In this document: piece by piece, positions 62,842-64,000 of the stretch
Numbering within the stretch: the stretch's first letter is position 1
How the letters are laid out: every line of letters begins with the position of its first letter
NCBI GenBank assembly: GCA_043803105.1
Contig: JAZDKJ010000006.1
Span: 364,222-428,221 of the forward strand
DNA length: 64,000 nt
Direction of reading: 5' to 3'
DNA from: Candidatus Woesearchaeota archaeon
Lineage (GTDB): Archaea > Nanobdellota > Nanobdellia > Woesearchaeales > JAZDKJ01
Position numbers and translations under genes: made by a program
The notes under the pieces: model-generated
The model's database searches: none
Told to the model about the DNA's origin: nothing
What the model saw: the letters and a program-made list of their open reading frames with translations, nothing else

Positions 62842-63465
62842 TTATGAGAACAGTAGCCCTTTAAGGGCTCTGACAGTGCTTGCCTCAAAATCAGCCTTCA
62901 CATTGTCAAACCTGTCCCACTTTGCAAGGACTGACTTAATCCTAAGCGTTTTGCAGGCAGTCACATCTTCTCTGCTATTGCCAATATAGCAGGTTGGCTT
63001 GCCGTATCTCGCAGTAAAACGCCTTAACAGGACTAGTTTTGAAGGTTTCTCGTGGAGTGGCTGCAGAAATACTATATCAAATAAGGCTCCAGATGCTTTC
63101 AACAAAGGTTTGACAACATCTTCTGGGGAAGTGGTCACTAAGGCTGTTCTGTATTTTTTCCTTAAGGTTTTCAGGAGTTGGGTCATATCCTTGACCAAAA
63201 TGTCATGTTCTTGTGCTTTGCCCAGGAGAATCAGCTGGTAAAGGTTCCTTGCAAGCTTGACAAGGACTACCTTGTCTTGAATTCCAGTATATCTCTTTGT
63301 TATTGTAATTACTGATCCCATAAAATCTTTTTTCCCTGCAAGCCTAACTACCTTAGGGTCTTTGAGGAGTATTGACATTATCCTGTACCAATCCTTGTGC
63401 GCCTCTTCGCTAATCGCCGACTTTATCGTTGTGCCGTCAAAGTCAAATGCTATTATTGGTTTCAT
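62842..63465 (-). CDS. HAD-superfamily hydrolase
   Basis: 207-aa ORF with an N-terminal FDFDGT, then VTTS and IGNSREDV. Confidence 0.75.
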   Translation of the reverse strand: MKPIIAFDFDGTTIKSAISEEAHKDWYRIMSILLKDPKVVRLAGKKDFMGSVITITKRYTGIQDKVVLVKLARNLYQLILLGKAQEHDILVKDMTQLLKTLRKKYRTALVTTSPEDVVKPLLKASGALFDIVFLQPLHEKPSKLVLLRRFTARYGKPTCYIGNSREDVTACKTLRIKSVLAKWDRFDNVKADFEASTVRALKGLLFS

Positions 63466-63842
63466 TGCTTCTTTGCTTTTTTCTTTTTTGGCTGTTCCTC
63501 TTGTGCCGGTTGCTCGATGCTTGTCTCATCTGCTTTTTGGTCTTTTTTTTCATGTTCTTTTTCAAGCTCTTCCACATAGTTCACCTGCAGCTGTGTAATC
63601 GCACCTGACAGCAGGCTTTCTTCTGCCCTTGAAAGGTTTCCCCTGGTCTTTTTCTGCAGCATTACAAGAACATCTATTGTCTGTTTTGCAGCAGCAAGAT
63701 TTTTTTCCTGTTTTCCCGTTATTGGATTGGCGATCTTTCCAAGAAGCATCCATGTGCTTCCTTGAAGCCCCATTACCAGCTGCATGAATTCTGATTCAAA
63801 ATTTTCATCCATCTTATCACCCCGGGATGATGGTCTTTGCAT
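63462..63842 (-). CDS. DUF1844-domain protein
   Basis: 126-aa ORF: FMQLVMGLQGSTWMLLGKIANPITGK...AKQTIDVLVMLQKKTRGNL. Confidence 0.7.
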   Translation of the reverse strand: MQRPSSRGDKMDENFESEFMQLVMGLQGSTWMLLGKIANPITGKQEKNLAAAKQTIDVLVMLQKKTRGNLSRAEESLLSGAITQLQVNYVEELEKEHEKKDQKADETSIEQPAQEEQPKKKKAKKQ

Positions 63843-63935
63843 TCATATTTAAGATTTGTTGCAAAAGTCAAGTTTTATAAACCATTCAAGAAACCTTGAC
63901 CTCGCTGAGTCATACTGGCTCGGGAGGTAACACCT

Positions 63936-64000
63936 ATGGCTGAATTCAAGCTTGTTTTGTCAACAAAGGATGGCAAGAGCCACCAACGTGATGTTAAAGA
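63936..64000 (+). CDS. rps6e: 30S ribosomal protein S6e (first 21 codons; continues past window end)
   Basis: A GGAGGT SD, then MAEFKLVLSTKDGKSHQRDVK..., the typical S6e N-terminus. Confidence 0.7.
   Translation, partial: MAEFKLVLSTKDGKSHQRDVK

Overview
Compact archaeal chromosome segment with about 80 genes. The informational genes are clearly archaeal: split RNA polymerase subunits A'/A'' and B'/B'', RpoH, RpoP, RpoF, aIF5A, aIF5B, aRF1, L40e, L37Ae, L21e, S6e, prefoldin beta and NIP7/PUA proteins. Genes are either leaderless about 22-28 nt behind TATA boxes or preceded by GGAGGTG-type SD sites. Blocks: (1) 1-6906, the rpoH-rpoB2-rpoB1-rpoA1-rpoA2 operon on the minus strand. (2) 6918-7717, an intron-laden tRNA cluster (Asp, Lys, Tyr) that directly abuts rpoH. 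(3) 7778-13050, a cluster of membrane, Cys-rich secreted and pilin-signal proteins. (4) 13-29 kb, mixed housekeeping: phosphoesterase, a MazG-like gene interrupted by TAG, small Zn-ribbon/wHTH genes, Lhr helicase, an ArsR-permease module, TrmJ-like methyltransferase, site-2 protease, L40e, aIF5A and aRF1. (5) 29.6-29.9 kb and 39.1-41.4 kb, further tRNA loci with multi-intron tRNAs, truncated tRNA copies, and an A+T-rich tyrS bracketed by a 20-nt direct repeat. (6) 46.2-58.9 kb, a tightly SD-coupled 10-gene purine operon: purD, purE-like, purC-like, purB, guaB, purA, purO, purH, purH-like, purM. (7) 59-64 kb, NOG1-type GTPase, M29 aminopeptidase, L21e-rpoF-DUF655, HAD, DUF1844 and the start of rps6e. 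I saw no CRISPR array, transposase, integrase or recognisable defence genes. The most unusual content is the tRNA gene architecture. It includes introns in the D-loop and T-loop with covarying bulge-helix-bulge (BHB) helices. It also includes a conserved 23-nt hairpin with a compensatory base-pair change that follows truncated tRNA 5' copies at three loci. All tRNA parses were done by eye and need software confirmation.
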